64,000 bases of DNA, from the NCBI GenBank assembly GCA_964598265.1, contig CAZRBD010000001.1:1590-65589 (forward strand), read 5' to 3'. A program made the translations under genes and the position numbers. Within the stretch, counting starts at the first letter, position 1; each line of letters begins with the position of its first letter. Under the pieces are notes generated by a model. That model had not been told where the DNA came from, did not search any database, and saw only the letters and a list, made by a program, of their open reading frames with translations. Source of the DNA: an uncultured archaeon (GTDB lineage: Archaea > Asgardarchaeota > Lokiarchaeia > Sigyniarchaeales > SOKP01). This document shows positions 28,199-38,651 of the stretch, piece by piece.

Positions 28199-28735
28199 TT
28201 ATTCAACTAAATCCTTAAGGCATGCTCTTGCAATAAACTCAAACGCCTGCTCTACATTTAGTCCCGTTTTTGCTGATGTTTCCAAATAATTACAGCTCAA
28301 TTTCTTTGCCAAGTCTTCTGCCTCTGCTCTGTCAACTTCTCTCTCCAAATCCGCTTTATTCCCAAGAAGTATCATTGGAATAGTTTTCTTAACAGTTTTC
28401 TTTATTGAACTTATCCACCCTGGAATTTTGAGTAATGTTTGACTAGATGATAAATCAAACACACCAAGCGCAGCATTACTTCCCTTAAAGTAAATATTTC
28501 TAAGTTTATGAAATTGTGGTTGTCCTCCTATATCCCAAAGTAAAAGACGAACTGTTTTTCCATCAATATCCACATCTTTGATAAGGAAATTACTACCAAT
28601 AGTTTTTTTTAAATCCTCACCAAAATAATCTTTGATATATCGTAGTAATAAACTTGTCTTCCCCACTCCTCCAGGTCCAAACAAGGTTATCTTAAATTTA
28701 AACAACGAATTTGGCGACATTTTTAATCTCCTCAT
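28199..28735 (-). CDS. Ras/Rab-like small GTPase
   Basis: All five G boxes are present: 'GPGGVGKTS' (G1), T in 'KKTIGSNF' (G2), 'WDIGGQ' (G3), 'GNKADL' (G4) and 'ETSAK' (G5). There is no C-terminal prenylation box. Confidence 0.85.
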   Translation of the reverse strand: MRRLKMSPNSLFKFKITLFGPGGVGKTSLLLRYIKDYFGEDLKKTIGSNFLIKDVDIDGKTVRLLLWDIGGQPQFHKLRNIYFKGSNAALGVFDLSSSQTLLKIPGWISSIKKTVKKTIPMILLGNKADLEREVDRAEAEDLAKKLSCNYLETSAKTGLNVEQAFEFIARACLKDLVE

Positions 28736-28984
28736 CCATATTAAATGTTTGGCAAAAGAATTTAAAGAAATAATTATCCTTTAAATTTAAATTTTAATTA
28801 ATTCATTAATTATTATTTCTATATTATCTTTTAAAGATATTTATAATTTTATAATATAACAGATTTATATGTTAATTGAAATTTTTCAAAAAAAATTTTT
28901 CATACTAGTTTAAAATTGATAAATTTTTTTCTTTTCACTGTTAGAAATTAGATTCTAAAGTTTAGGATAATAGTGATAAGTTGT

Positions 28985-30274
28985 TCATGATTTATTCTTT
29001 TTTTGTCCTACTTTCCCTAGTTTAGACATTAACCATTCAGGAGATCCTACCCCATTAAAGAATTTCAACCAGATATACATTAGCAAACCTAAAAATCCAC
29101 AATAAGCTACATATACTATGGGAAGAAATATAATGGAAAATTGACTTAGAAATAGTGGAAGAAATAAATATTGAATAAGAAACAGGCTTAAAGACACTTT
29201 TCCATAAAATATGGCCATCTTTATCGCGTCGTTGCTTTTTTTCTTAATATCAATATAATAAAAGCTTACTGCAATGATTAATAATGCAGCACCAAGATTA
29301 TAAAATAAATTTTGGGCTGAACTCCTTATTAAAAAGAGAGGCATTCCTGGAAATTGATAATAATCTTGTTGATTAGCGATTCTAAGTAAATCTATATGAA
29401 GATATTCAGAGAATTCAATAGTAGTTGCTGTTTGTAAAGCCCACCCGGGTTCCCATTGATTAAAACTAATACCATAAGGAACAACAATAAAAACACCTAT
29501 TAAGATTAAAGAAACACCATAAGCGGAAAACAAACGAAACAATTTATAATATGCTTCTTGAGTTCCTTTCATCATGGCTTCAAAAAGCTGTTCGCCAAAG
29601 ATCGTAGATATAAAACAGATTGCAATCCAAGGGAGAAAAGGCATTTGTGGGAGAGGAGAAGTAATAATAAAATGTAAGATATAAACAGCTGGGTTATTAT
29701 CTTTAAAACTAAAAAGAATTTGTCTGATCCAAGGCGATATGAATATTATTATTGCACCAATTAATATTCGGGCACTTTTCCTTAATTTTAAGGCATAATA
29801 TGAAAAAATTTGGGAAAATCCAATAAACATAAGAAAATTCCAACCCCATAAATTCGCTGGGAATGGAACTACAACACCTGCAGTCTGTATTGACATAGGA
29901 TTCCACAAAACGCCAATGATGATGATAACTATCCCTCTTGTAAAAACTTTATTACGAATAATCTTTTCTGATACATCCCCCCCCTTTTTTTTTTTAATAC
30001 TAAAAACCACGCTAAGAGCAGAAAGAAAAACAAATAGTGAGGGTCCAACTATATCTAATAAAGCGAACACAAGCCCATATATATATCTCCAATCATTATC
30101 GAGCCAAAAGAGAGCCACATGAGCTACGACTATAAAACCAATTGCAACACCTTTAACAAAATCTATTGATGCAATTCTCTTTTGTGATGAATTATTCTCT
30201 CCTAGATTTTCTTTACCTTCATTAGGTGTTTTTGAAATTCTAAAATCTTGATGTTTATTGATAATTGTTGACAT
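28985..30274 (-). CDS. Polytopic membrane protein, DUF1624/HGSNAT-like putative transmembrane acyltransferase
   Basis: 'RIASIDFVKGVAIGFIVVAH' N-terminal motif and more than 9 TM helices. It is a paralog of 31761..33182, and both end in 'NGVGSPEWLM..G..GQK'. Confidence 0.5.
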   Translation of the reverse strand: MSTIINKHQDFRISKTPNEGKENLGENNSSQKRIASIDFVKGVAIGFIVVAHVALFWLDNDWRYIYGLVFALLDIVGPSLFVFLSALSVVFSIKKKKGGDVSEKIIRNKVFTRGIVIIIIGVLWNPMSIQTAGVVVPFPANLWGWNFLMFIGFSQIFSYYALKLRKSARILIGAIIIFISPWIRQILFSFKDNNPAVYILHFIITSPLPQMPFLPWIAICFISTIFGEQLFEAMMKGTQEAYYKLFRLFSAYGVSLILIGVFIVVPYGISFNQWEPGWALQTATTIEFSEYLHIDLLRIANQQDYYQFPGMPLFLIRSSAQNLFYNLGAALLIIAVSFYYIDIKKKSNDAIKMAIFYGKVSLSLFLIQYLFLPLFLSQFSIIFLPIVYVAYCGFLGLLMYIWLKFFNGVGSPEWLMSKLGKVGQKKNKS

Positions 30275-30463
30275 TTTATGCGCAAATTCTATGAAATGTG
30301 TGATTCTTTTATAAAATAGTAAATAATTTATGCAAAATGATAATTAATTTGAAGATTTAAAACGTATAAAACTTTCTTAAATGATAATTTTTAGAGGATG
30401 TGAAGTAAATATAAAATATCTTTAAAATTAGCAGAAATCAAAAGTAAAAACTTATTCCAGCTG

Positions 30464-31747
30464 TTATTTCGAACTATTTTTGAAATAATACAATAAGTAA
30501 AAGTAGAGAGTCATGATTATTATTAAACCAGTTATATTAATCGGTAAAAATTCATAAGTTAGGTAAAAGATCCCCCAAGAAATTACTATTAATACAGTTA
30601 AAAGGTAATATAGGTATTTAATCATTTTATAAAATTTAAAATTTTTATGAAAAAGAAGGAAAAAAGCTAAAAAAGGAGCCAACACGACAAGATGGTGAGG
30701 CCAAGAATCGAAATAAACAATTAACATTACTAAAATGCCTCCTAAAAATCCTTCGACTAAATTACTTGGTTTGTTTGAGTTATGAATGAAAAAATAATAC
30801 GTTGGAGTCAAAATTAGTAAGGTTATTGTAATTAATGTCAAAAAACCATTTAATTTTGCACCAAATATTTCGGTAAGAGTTAAAACAATCCTTGTCAGGC
30901 TGAATGAGGGGTTAATTTCTAAACCTCCTTCAATTGCATACGTATATTTTCCTCCAAGGTTAACCTCAATAAAGTCTTCGAACATTTGGGGGTATAGTAA
31001 GAAGTAGACCCATGATAACATTAATAAAACTATAGGTCCTAATAATCTTATGAACGATCTTTTAAAATGGAAATCATATGTCTTATTTTCTTTATTATAA
31101 TTTAGTATTATAACAAATGGTATTATTAATATTAATGTAGGTTTGAGTAGTATTCCAAATCCTAAGAATAAGCCACCTAAGAAATCATTCCTAATTCCGT
31201 TTTTTAGAAAATAGAATAAAGATAAGAGAACAAAAAAAGATACTAAAATGTTAATTTGTCCAAGGAAATAATTCATAAACTGAGGGAGCATAATCAAGAT
31301 AACGGCGTATTGATGGAGAATTGATTCATTTTTTGGATCACTAAACACATCTCTAAATTTTACTAAATCAAAACTTACTATGGATTTTGTATTGAGATTT
31401 ATGTAGATCTGTATGATCTTATAAATTAAATAAAGATTGATCATACCTAGGGAGAAGTTAAATAGTTGGAAAACAAAGTACCCTACCTCTAATCCTAAAA
31501 CTGAAAATGGCGTAAAAATGTATGCAGATAGGGGGAAATATCTGAATGGAAAGAGATATAATGAAGAATTATACAAATTAGAAATATCTTTAATAGCTAA
31601 TAAACCCGCATTATGAAAAGTCAAATAGTCATTGTTATTTCTACTCATTAACGGGCTATTTAAGCCATAAAAAAAGATAAAAGTGATAATTAAGTAGGAA
31701 ATATTAATTAGGAAAGCCAAGAAGAAGAATTTTTGTGTTTTATTCAT
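30464..31747 (-). CDS. Polytopic membrane protein, GT-C-fold glycosyltransferase-like (DUF2029/GT87-like)
   Basis: More than 10 TM helices and an acidic/aromatic first loop ('NNDYLTFHNAG'). Assigned by architecture only. Confidence 0.45.
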   Translation of the reverse strand: MNKTQKFFFLAFLINISYLIITFIFFYGLNSPLMSRNNNDYLTFHNAGLLAIKDISNLYNSSLYLFPFRYFPLSAYIFTPFSVLGLEVGYFVFQLFNFSLGMINLYLIYKIIQIYINLNTKSIVSFDLVKFRDVFSDPKNESILHQYAVILIMLPQFMNYFLGQINILVSFFVLLSLFYFLKNGIRNDFLGGLFLGFGILLKPTLILIIPFVIILNYNKENKTYDFHFKRSFIRLLGPIVLLMLSWVYFLLYPQMFEDFIEVNLGGKYTYAIEGGLEINPSFSLTRIVLTLTEIFGAKLNGFLTLITITLLILTPTYYFFIHNSNKPSNLVEGFLGGILVMLIVYFDSWPHHLVVLAPFLAFFLLFHKNFKFYKMIKYLYYLLTVLIVISWGIFYLTYEFLPINITGLIIIMTLYFYLLYYFKNSSK

Positions 31748-31760
31748 CAGGTGTTCCCAT

Positions 31761-33182
31761 TTATTCTTTGGGGGGATCTTTACTTAACTTTTTCATGAAA
31801 TCTTCCATTTTTTTTACTTTTTCGCGCTTTTTAATTCTCTCATACATTTTCTTAGATGTTTTCTTAACAGCTTCTCCTGATTTTTGACCAATTCGACCCA
31901 TTTGAATCATTAACCATTCAGGTGAGCCTACTCCATTGAAATATTCCATCCAAATATAAAGAAAAAGCCCCATAAATCCAATATAGGAAATACCAATAAT
32001 AAGAAATAATGCAATACCAAATTGATTGAAAAAGAGAGGAATAAAGATAAAATGAACTAAAAATAAACTTAGAGATGTCTTTCCGAAATAAATCAACATA
32101 TTAATAAAGCTACTACTTTTTTTCTTTAAATCAATAAAATAAAAAAATATGGATATAATTAATAACGCAGCACCCTGATTGTAAAACATGTTAGCACTTG
32201 TTCCCCTTATCAAGAAGTTGGGCATACCCGGAATTATGAGAAAATTTTGTTGATTTGCGTATAAAAGGTTAATTAGATGAGGATATTCAGAAAGGCCACC
32301 AATCATCGTGGAATCCAAGGGATCTGTTTCTGAAACCCATTCTAAGGTCCATCCAGGTTCCCAGTTGATAAAATTTAAACCGTCAGGATAGAATGCAAAA
32401 ATTCCTACTAATATAAAAATTATTCCCCAGACAAAAAAAATCCTAAACAAGCCAATATATGCATTTTCCGTTCCTTTATTCATTGCCTCATATATATATT
32501 CTCCGAAAATTGTTGAAATAAAAGCGATTGAAACCCATGGAAGGAGAGTTAAGTGAGGGGTTGGAGAGGTTATAATATAATGTAGAATACTTAGTACCAT
32601 GTTTCCTTGTATTTTACCTAAATAAAGTATAGCTCTTAAAGCAGGAGAGAGAATGATTATTAATATTCCTATCAAGATCCTTCTAGATTTCCTTATTTTT
32701 AGGATATAAAAAGCAAAAATTTGAGCAAAACCAAGGAATGTAATTATATTCCAACCATATATTGCAATCCTAAATTCTCCGTCTTCAATAATTAAAATAT
32801 TAGTAAGCATTCCTATTATTATCAGTACAACTCCTCTTGTAACAATTCGATTTCGGATTATTTTTGGATGTACAATTCCTTCTTTTCTTTTAACGCTAAA
32901 TATTACACTCAGAGCCGAAAGGAATACAAATAATGAGGGACCTAAAATATCTAATAATGCAAACATTATTCCATATAAGTAATATGAATCGGGTGCAAGC
33001 CAACCACTTGCAGTATGAGCTAATATTATAAATACAATTGCAAATCCTTTTACAAAATCTATTGAAGTAATTCGTCTAGGAGAAGCATAATCTCTTATAT
33101 CTTCAAGGGGAATTTCTTGTTTTAAGTAATTAAAAAGAGGAGGTGATTCCAATTCAATTTCATTTTTAGTTTGAGATGACAT
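31761..33182 (-). CDS. DUF1624/HGSNAT-like membrane protein, paralog of 28985..30274
   Basis: 'RITSIDFVKGFAIVFIILAH'. It is colinear with its paralog along the whole length. Confidence 0.5.
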   Translation of the reverse strand: MSSQTKNEIELESPPLFNYLKQEIPLEDIRDYASPRRITSIDFVKGFAIVFIILAHTASGWLAPDSYYLYGIMFALLDILGPSLFVFLSALSVIFSVKRKEGIVHPKIIRNRIVTRGVVLIIIGMLTNILIIEDGEFRIAIYGWNIITFLGFAQIFAFYILKIRKSRRILIGILIIILSPALRAILYLGKIQGNMVLSILHYIITSPTPHLTLLPWVSIAFISTIFGEYIYEAMNKGTENAYIGLFRIFFVWGIIFILVGIFAFYPDGLNFINWEPGWTLEWVSETDPLDSTMIGGLSEYPHLINLLYANQQNFLIIPGMPNFLIRGTSANMFYNQGAALLIISIFFYFIDLKKKSSSFINMLIYFGKTSLSLFLVHFIFIPLFFNQFGIALFLIIGISYIGFMGLFLYIWMEYFNGVGSPEWLMIQMGRIGQKSGEAVKKTSKKMYERIKKREKVKKMEDFMKKLSKDPPKE

Positions 33183-33440
33183 TTTTACTCATTTTTTTTC
33201 TTTGATGAATTTTTATTAAAAACTAATAAAAATAATATTTTTAAAATTTAATTTAATATTATCCTTTTTGAATTAGTTATAATATTTTTGGTTGGATTAG
33301 GAATTTTATTAAATTTTTGTTTAATTATCTTTCTCAAGAAGTAGAGTTAGCAAATATGGGTATAGGTTTATGTTTAGGCATAATTAGATTTCTACTGAAT
33401 ATATTTAATTTAATCATCATTTTAATAACCTTGTTTCTAT

Positions 33441-34751
33441 CTATTTAACAACTTTAAAATTTAATTTCTCAAATTTTAGAAAGATCTCATCCATTCTTTT
33501 CTTAGAAGAATGTGAGTCTTTAGTTTTTGTTGCTATTAAACATGAATATTGATTTGATTTATTAAATGAAATGGGGGGGGTGACTAATTCAGGAATTTCC
33601 CTCAATAATTTGGATAAGAATTGCTCATCTAATCGTTCTAAAGAATTGATGTTTTTTGATATTAATTCAATTCTAGAAAATTGTGAAAAGTTAAGAAATT
33701 CAAGATCTACTGGTTCGAAAATATTCATTTTTGATTTATAAATTAAATCTGCGCAGTTATAATTAATGACGTTTCTTACACCAAGATAAGATGTCGTCAA
33801 TCTAGGATTTATCTCTATAAAAGAGAATGAGGCGTTTTCTGTACTAATAAAATCAATGCCGAAATAGCCATTAAACCCTTTAAATTCAACTTTTTCAAGA
33901 ATTCTATCAATTTTTTCAATCAATTCTTCTATATTTTCTACTGGTGTTGTCCCTCCTAAATATTCTGAGATATTGGCTTGATTCATAATATTTACATCTT
34001 GAGTATTTATACTTAAGATAAATGGATTATTAATTTGAGATTTTGATACCTGGGGACACCCAATCAAAGAAATGCTTAAATCTCTTCCGTGTACAAATTC
34101 TTGCAATATATAATCCCTCCCTAATTCTGAGTATTCATTAAAATCTCTAAAGAAATTTAAAATTTCATTTTCTCCCTCAAAATAATAAATCGACTCTGCT
34201 CCCACTCCATCCTCTGGTTTAATAATAATGGGGCAATTTAATTTTTTAAATTTTTGAAGTATAAAATCTATGTCTAATTCTTTTCTTGTAGAGGGTATTC
34301 TATACGTTCTTGGTGTAGGAATTTTATTTTTTCTAAAAAATTTGAATACCTTAATTTTCGAGGTGCTTTGACTAATACATTTTAAACTAGCACTTAGTAA
34401 TTTTTTATTAGATTTTTTAACTAACTGAGATAGATTAAAAAGATTATTTGAAGATTCGGGAGCAATTATGAAGCAGTAAGAGCATTCTTCTAATGCCTCT
34501 TTGAAAGGTATTAAATAGTTATCCTCTGCATTTACGGTTTTAATGTTATTAGGATTGGCTTGAAGGAATTTGGATAAAAAAGACGCTCTATAGTCCAAAA
34601 TAGTACTTATCTCAAATTTTAATTCTTTAAAATCAGAAATAATTGCTCTTAACATTCCAAATCCTTCGCAAAATAATGAATTGGGTATATTAACTTTATT
34701 AAAACCACCACCGGAGATAAATTCAAAGATAAAAAGAGTATTTTTATTCAT
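33441..34751 (-). CDS. ATP-grasp ligase (MfnD-like architecture)
   Basis: 'IIIKPEDGVGAESIY', 'ILQEFVHGRDLSISL' and 'GYFGIDFI..FIEINPRLTTSY'. The N-terminus 'FIFEFISGGG' pre-ATP-grasp domain resembles the tyramine-glutamate ligase family. Confidence 0.65.
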   Translation of the reverse strand: MNKNTLFIFEFISGGGFNKVNIPNSLFCEGFGMLRAIISDFKELKFEISTILDYRASFLSKFLQANPNNIKTVNAEDNYLIPFKEALEECSYCFIIAPESSNNLFNLSQLVKKSNKKLLSASLKCISQSTSKIKVFKFFRKNKIPTPRTYRIPSTRKELDIDFILQKFKKLNCPIIIKPEDGVGAESIYYFEGENEILNFFRDFNEYSELGRDYILQEFVHGRDLSISLIGCPQVSKSQINNPFILSINTQDVNIMNQANISEYLGGTTPVENIEELIEKIDRILEKVEFKGFNGYFGIDFISTENASFSFIEINPRLTTSYLGVRNVINYNCADLIYKSKMNIFEPVDLEFLNFSQFSRIELISKNINSLERLDEQFLSKLLREIPELVTPPISFNKSNQYSCLIATKTKDSHSSKKRMDEIFLKFEKLNFKVVK

Positions 34752-35022
34752 ATTTAAGAGAAATTCATCATTTTCAGATTTTCAAAGGTTTACTTTTCAT
34801 AAAATTGTTATTAAATATTAGTCTTAAATTATTTCTCTTGTTATGAATTGTGTTGTGAAAAAACCATAGAGTCTGAACTTAAATTATCAACAAATATGAG
34901 ATTTATTAAAGAAACCAAATTCGATATTAATTGATAAAATTAAGAATCACATCAAAAGGTTTTAAAGGAAAAATAGAATATCTTTAAGTAACTTACATCT
35001 ATTAAAAAATTCTGATTCTGAT

Positions 35023-36252
35023 ATGTTTTTTGACGAAGAAACCATGAGAAGGATAAGGTATCTTCATTATAGTATTAAAAAAATTGAAGATGCCTTAGTT
35101 AAAGAAGATGAACATTTTAATTTAGACGATTTAAATTTGATTTTGGAATATACTAAAATCTTAAATGTTAATTACCGAAATGAAAACCATAAAGAGATCC
35201 TTAAAGCTTTAAATATCACTACGGTATTTCAAGATCCACAAAGCAATAAAGAAATTGAAATTAAAGATTTAATGTTCGAATGTGCTCGAGTATTATGGGT
35301 AATGGCAAAATCCTATGCTCAATTATCAGAAAAATATGAGGAAGAGGAAAATTGGGAAAATGCTGTAGTTTCTATGACAGAAAGCAGTAAAATGTACAAA
35401 ACTTCCGCATATTTTAGCGCTGCCGTTGTGTTTCAAAATGATAAAGGAGTAACACTCACATCTGAAAATCTAGAACTTAATTCGGAGGAATCAAGAATTT
35501 TAGCTCAAAGTGTTGCTACATTACGAGAAGAACATAATAATAATATATATTTCTGTTCGAAGATGTATGCTGGTCTTAGTTTATTGTCAAAACGTTTATT
35601 CTATCTTAAAAAACATGAAGAAAAAAAAAAGCAACAAATTAGAGCACAATTTCATTATGATATGGGAAAAGCATGCTTTCTTAAAGCACAGGCTACCATA
35701 GAATCATCAATAACAACAATCAACAAAGAGAAAGTTAAAAAGTTACAGCAAAAAGCTTCATGGTATTTTATTAAAGCTAAAGATATCTGGGAAGATATGC
35801 TCAAAAATATTCCAGCCACTGAGGAAGAAATGGAAAATATTGAGTTAAATTTATCAATAGTTAATGAAAATTTAAAAGAAAAGGATGTAGAACAATTAGA
35901 TTATGAGGAAATAAAAAAAATACAAGATCCAGAGCCAATTATTATTATACCTGAAAATTTAGCTCCATTTGTGCCAAAAAGCATTATTTATTTAACCAAA
36001 TTCGTTCCAAAAGATCTAAATATAAAAAGATTTAAATCTTATCAAAAAAAGAAATTAGAAGAAAAGATCCCATATAGTAAAAAAGAAAAATTGATAGACA
36101 AGAAAGCAGGAGTAGTTCGAACTATAAATGAACTTAAATTATTAAAGGAAAATAATGAAATTGAAGTAGAAAAATTCGCTGAGCTTATGGAAAAATATTC
36201 AACAAAACTAAAAATGATTGGCTCGGCACTTGAAAAATTAGGGAAAAAATAG
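35023..36252 (+). CDS. Hypothetical all-helical protein
   Basis: 409-aa clean ORF, helical and charged, with no motif recognised. Confidence 0.55.
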   Translation: MFFDEETMRRIRYLHYSIKKIEDALVKEDEHFNLDDLNLILEYTKILNVNYRNENHKEILKALNITTVFQDPQSNKEIEIKDLMFECARVLWVMAKSYAQLSEKYEEEENWENAVVSMTESSKMYKTSAYFSAAVVFQNDKGVTLTSENLELNSEESRILAQSVATLREEHNNNIYFCSKMYAGLSLLSKRLFYLKKHEEKKKQQIRAQFHYDMGKACFLKAQATIESSITTINKEKVKKLQQKASWYFIKAKDIWEDMLKNIPATEEEMENIELNLSIVNENLKEKDVEQLDYEEIKKIQDPEPIIIIPENLAPFVPKSIIYLTKFVPKDLNIKRFKSYQKKKLEEKIPYSKKEKLIDKKAGVVRTINELKLLKENNEIEVEKFAELMEKYSTKLKMIGSALEKLGKK

Positions 36253-36308
36253 ATTAATTTTGTGTTTATTTATTAAAAATTTTTAGAGTTCTCAAGGATA
36301 AGTCTTTT

Positions 36309-36734
36309 TTATTTTTCAATATATCTTTGGCGATTTTTTTGTAATTCAAAATCTCTTTTAGATTCCATTAGAAATACTAAATCATATACTTCTTTAAGAA
36401 TCAAACCAATGAGCAATGCTTCTATAAAAATTATTAGAAATACCATTAGTTTTTCTAGATTATGAAGATCTATAATAAGTAGGGCGATTAATAAAAAAAA
36501 ATGAGGAATATAAAAAAGTGTAAACACTCCCATTTTTTTTCCGTAATTGATTATATGTTTATTTTCTAATCTGAAAACTCTTTCTAATCTTATCGCATTT
36601 AGGAAGTAGATTGAAGCAAAGAACAAATTAAAAGAACATAAAATTACTATATAATCTCGTATTTGAGTATTTAAAGAAATATATGGTTTCAAATAAATAG
36701 AACCAAACAAAAAGGAGAGTGAAAATATAAACAA
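36309..36734 (-). CDS. Small membrane protein (4 TM)
   Basis: Hydrophobic profile. Confidence 0.5.
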   Translation of the reverse strand: MFIFSLSFLFGSIYLKPYISLNTQIRDYIVILCSFNLFFASIYFLNAIRLERVFRLENKHIINYGKKMGVFTLFYIPHFFLLIALLIIDLHNLEKLMVFLIIFIEALLIGLILKEVYDLVFLMESKRDFELQKNRQRYIEK

Positions 36735-37105
36735 AACTATTGAAAGACTTAGTAATCCTTCTCTGAAATCCTTGTAATCTATGCCTTGTCACCATCCATA
36801 TTCCACTATTCAAGTGCAAATGAAATAAAGTTATTATTTCATATAAAAATTATTTCCAAATTCTATTTGAAATTGAAGGTTTATTAAATAGAAAAATTAC
36901 CCTATTTTATTTGAATTATAGAGCGATTTATTCTATGAGTTTACTCAGAAACGAAGAAATTAAAAGACTAAAAGAAACTCACCCTGTTAAATACGTCTTT
37001 TTATAATTAGATTAAAGTTATTGTAATGTTGAGAATAGGCTCAGTATTATATACCATATTTAATCTTGTTATTATTTTCGCTTAATTAATATTTTAGGCT
37101 AAGTT

Positions 37106-37423
37106 TTGGATACAAAAATTACTTCTATTTTTATTTTAAGCATTATTTTTCAAATTATGTCTGAACATATATCAATCCTTTTGTATATAAAAAACATGCT
37201 AGCAGATTTAATTTATATTAATGGAATAATTGCAACAGAATTAATCAATGTAACAGAAAATACAGCTACAATTCGCCGTGGAGAAGAATTTTTAAATAAA
37301 ACAAGTTGTCCAACTGAACACCATGAATTGAACAAAAAGGTCATTGAGATCCTAAAAAAATATCAAAGAAAGCCAGAAGATACCTCAGTTTTGGCAAATC
37401 ATGTTTTAAAACATTTAGAATGA
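37106..37423 (+). CDS. Hypothetical protein (start more likely ATG 37157)
   Basis: The ORF lies upstream of, and on the same strand as, the IscU-like gene. Confidence 0.4.
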   Translation: MDTKITSIFILSIIFQIMSEHISILLYIKNMLADLIYINGIIATELINVTENTATIRRGEEFLNKTSCPTEHHELNKKVIEILKKYQRKPEDTSVLANHVLKHLE

Positions 37424-37441
37424 TACTACGATGGTTATAAC

Positions 37442-37876
37442 ATGAATAAAGATTTTGATCAATTTGTTGATAATCTTCAAAAAGAAATTATTAAAAAAGA
37501 AATTAAGGATCATAATGAAAAAATAGTTGATTTATTTCATAATCCTATCAATATGGGGAAACCTCCTGATGAAGATATTACAGTTTTTGAAGAACGAAGA
37601 GGAGGGTCAAAAGGTTATTTCCTTGGCCTTTATTTAATGATTGAGGATAAATTAATTATAAAAGCACATTTTGAAACCGATGGATGTGGTGTGATGGTTG
37701 CTATAGGATCACAATTAACATTATTGCTTGAGGGTAAATCTATCGAATCTGCTGAAAATTTAAAACCAGAAGAGATAGAAAAAGCTTTAATGGGAGTTCC
37801 TCAAGATGAATTTCATTGTATTGATTTAGCAATTGAGACTCTTAAGAGTATAATTAAAAAATACACTTACAAATGA
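37442..37876 (+). CDS. NifU/IscU N-terminal-domain-like Fe-S scaffold protein
   Basis: 'ETDGCGVMVAIGS' and 'EFHCIDLAIETLK' match the second and third IscU Cys motifs. I did not see the first Cys motif. Confidence 0.55.
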   Translation: MNKDFDQFVDNLQKEIIKKEIKDHNEKIVDLFHNPINMGKPPDEDITVFEERRGGSKGYFLGLYLMIEDKLIIKAHFETDGCGVMVAIGSQLTLLLEGKSIESAENLKPEEIEKALMGVPQDEFHCIDLAIETLKSIIKKYTYK

Positions 37877-37895
37877 TAAGTCCGCATTCAATATC

Positions 37896-38612
37896 ATGGA
37901 TTTAAAAGTTAAAAACATCAATATACCAGGAAAATCTGATAATGTATCTCTTAGAGGCTCAATATACTATACACTTAATACAAAACACGAAGCCCCATTC
38001 GTAGTTATTCTTCCTGGTTTTTTAGAACACAGGACAAGTGGATTTGTAAAATATTACGCTAAGAAATTTGCTAATGCTGGGTATTATACTTTATCTTATG
38101 ATTATCGCGCTCATGGTGAAACTAAAACAAGATATGGGAGTAAATGGAATAAAATTCTTCCATTAATTTTTTCAGATATTCATGTAGTTTTAGAATGGAT
38201 TTTAGAATTTCAATCTAGTAAACTTTTAACAGATAAGATTGTGTTATTTAGTAGAAGTTTAGGGGGAGGGATTGCATTATCTCATGGCTTTATTGATGAA
38301 AGAGCTAAAATTCTGATTGCTTTATCACCCCGTTATGATTATCATACGACAAATGTAAAATTCCAAGAAGAAGTTGTTAAAAAAATTAGCCCACATTATT
38401 TTCTAAGAAGAGATTCAATGAATAACGAAAGAATTTTAATTGCCCATTGCAGGGACGATGATAGAATTCCGTTTCAAAATTTAAACCAATTTAAAGACCA
38501 TCTTGGATTAATTGATGAAAATGTTATAATTTTTGAATCAGGTGGGCATTCATTTAAAGGTCATAGAGAAGAAATTTTTAAATATTCTCTTGAATTCTTA
38601 AAGAAATTGTAA
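37896..38612 (+). CDS. Alpha/beta-fold hydrolase
   Basis: Nucleophile elbow 'SRSLGG' and a late 'D..H' ('CRDDD...GGHSF'). Confidence 0.65.
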   Translation: MDLKVKNINIPGKSDNVSLRGSIYYTLNTKHEAPFVVILPGFLEHRTSGFVKYYAKKFANAGYYTLSYDYRAHGETKTRYGSKWNKILPLIFSDIHVVLEWILEFQSSKLLTDKIVLFSRSLGGGIALSHGFIDERAKILIALSPRYDYHTTNVKFQEEVVKKISPHYFLRRDSMNNERILIAHCRDDDRIPFQNLNQFKDHLGLIDENVIIFESGGHSFKGHREEIFKYSLEFLKKL

Positions 38613-38651
38613 GTAAGAAATTTAAATATGAAATATTAAAGATGAATAAAA

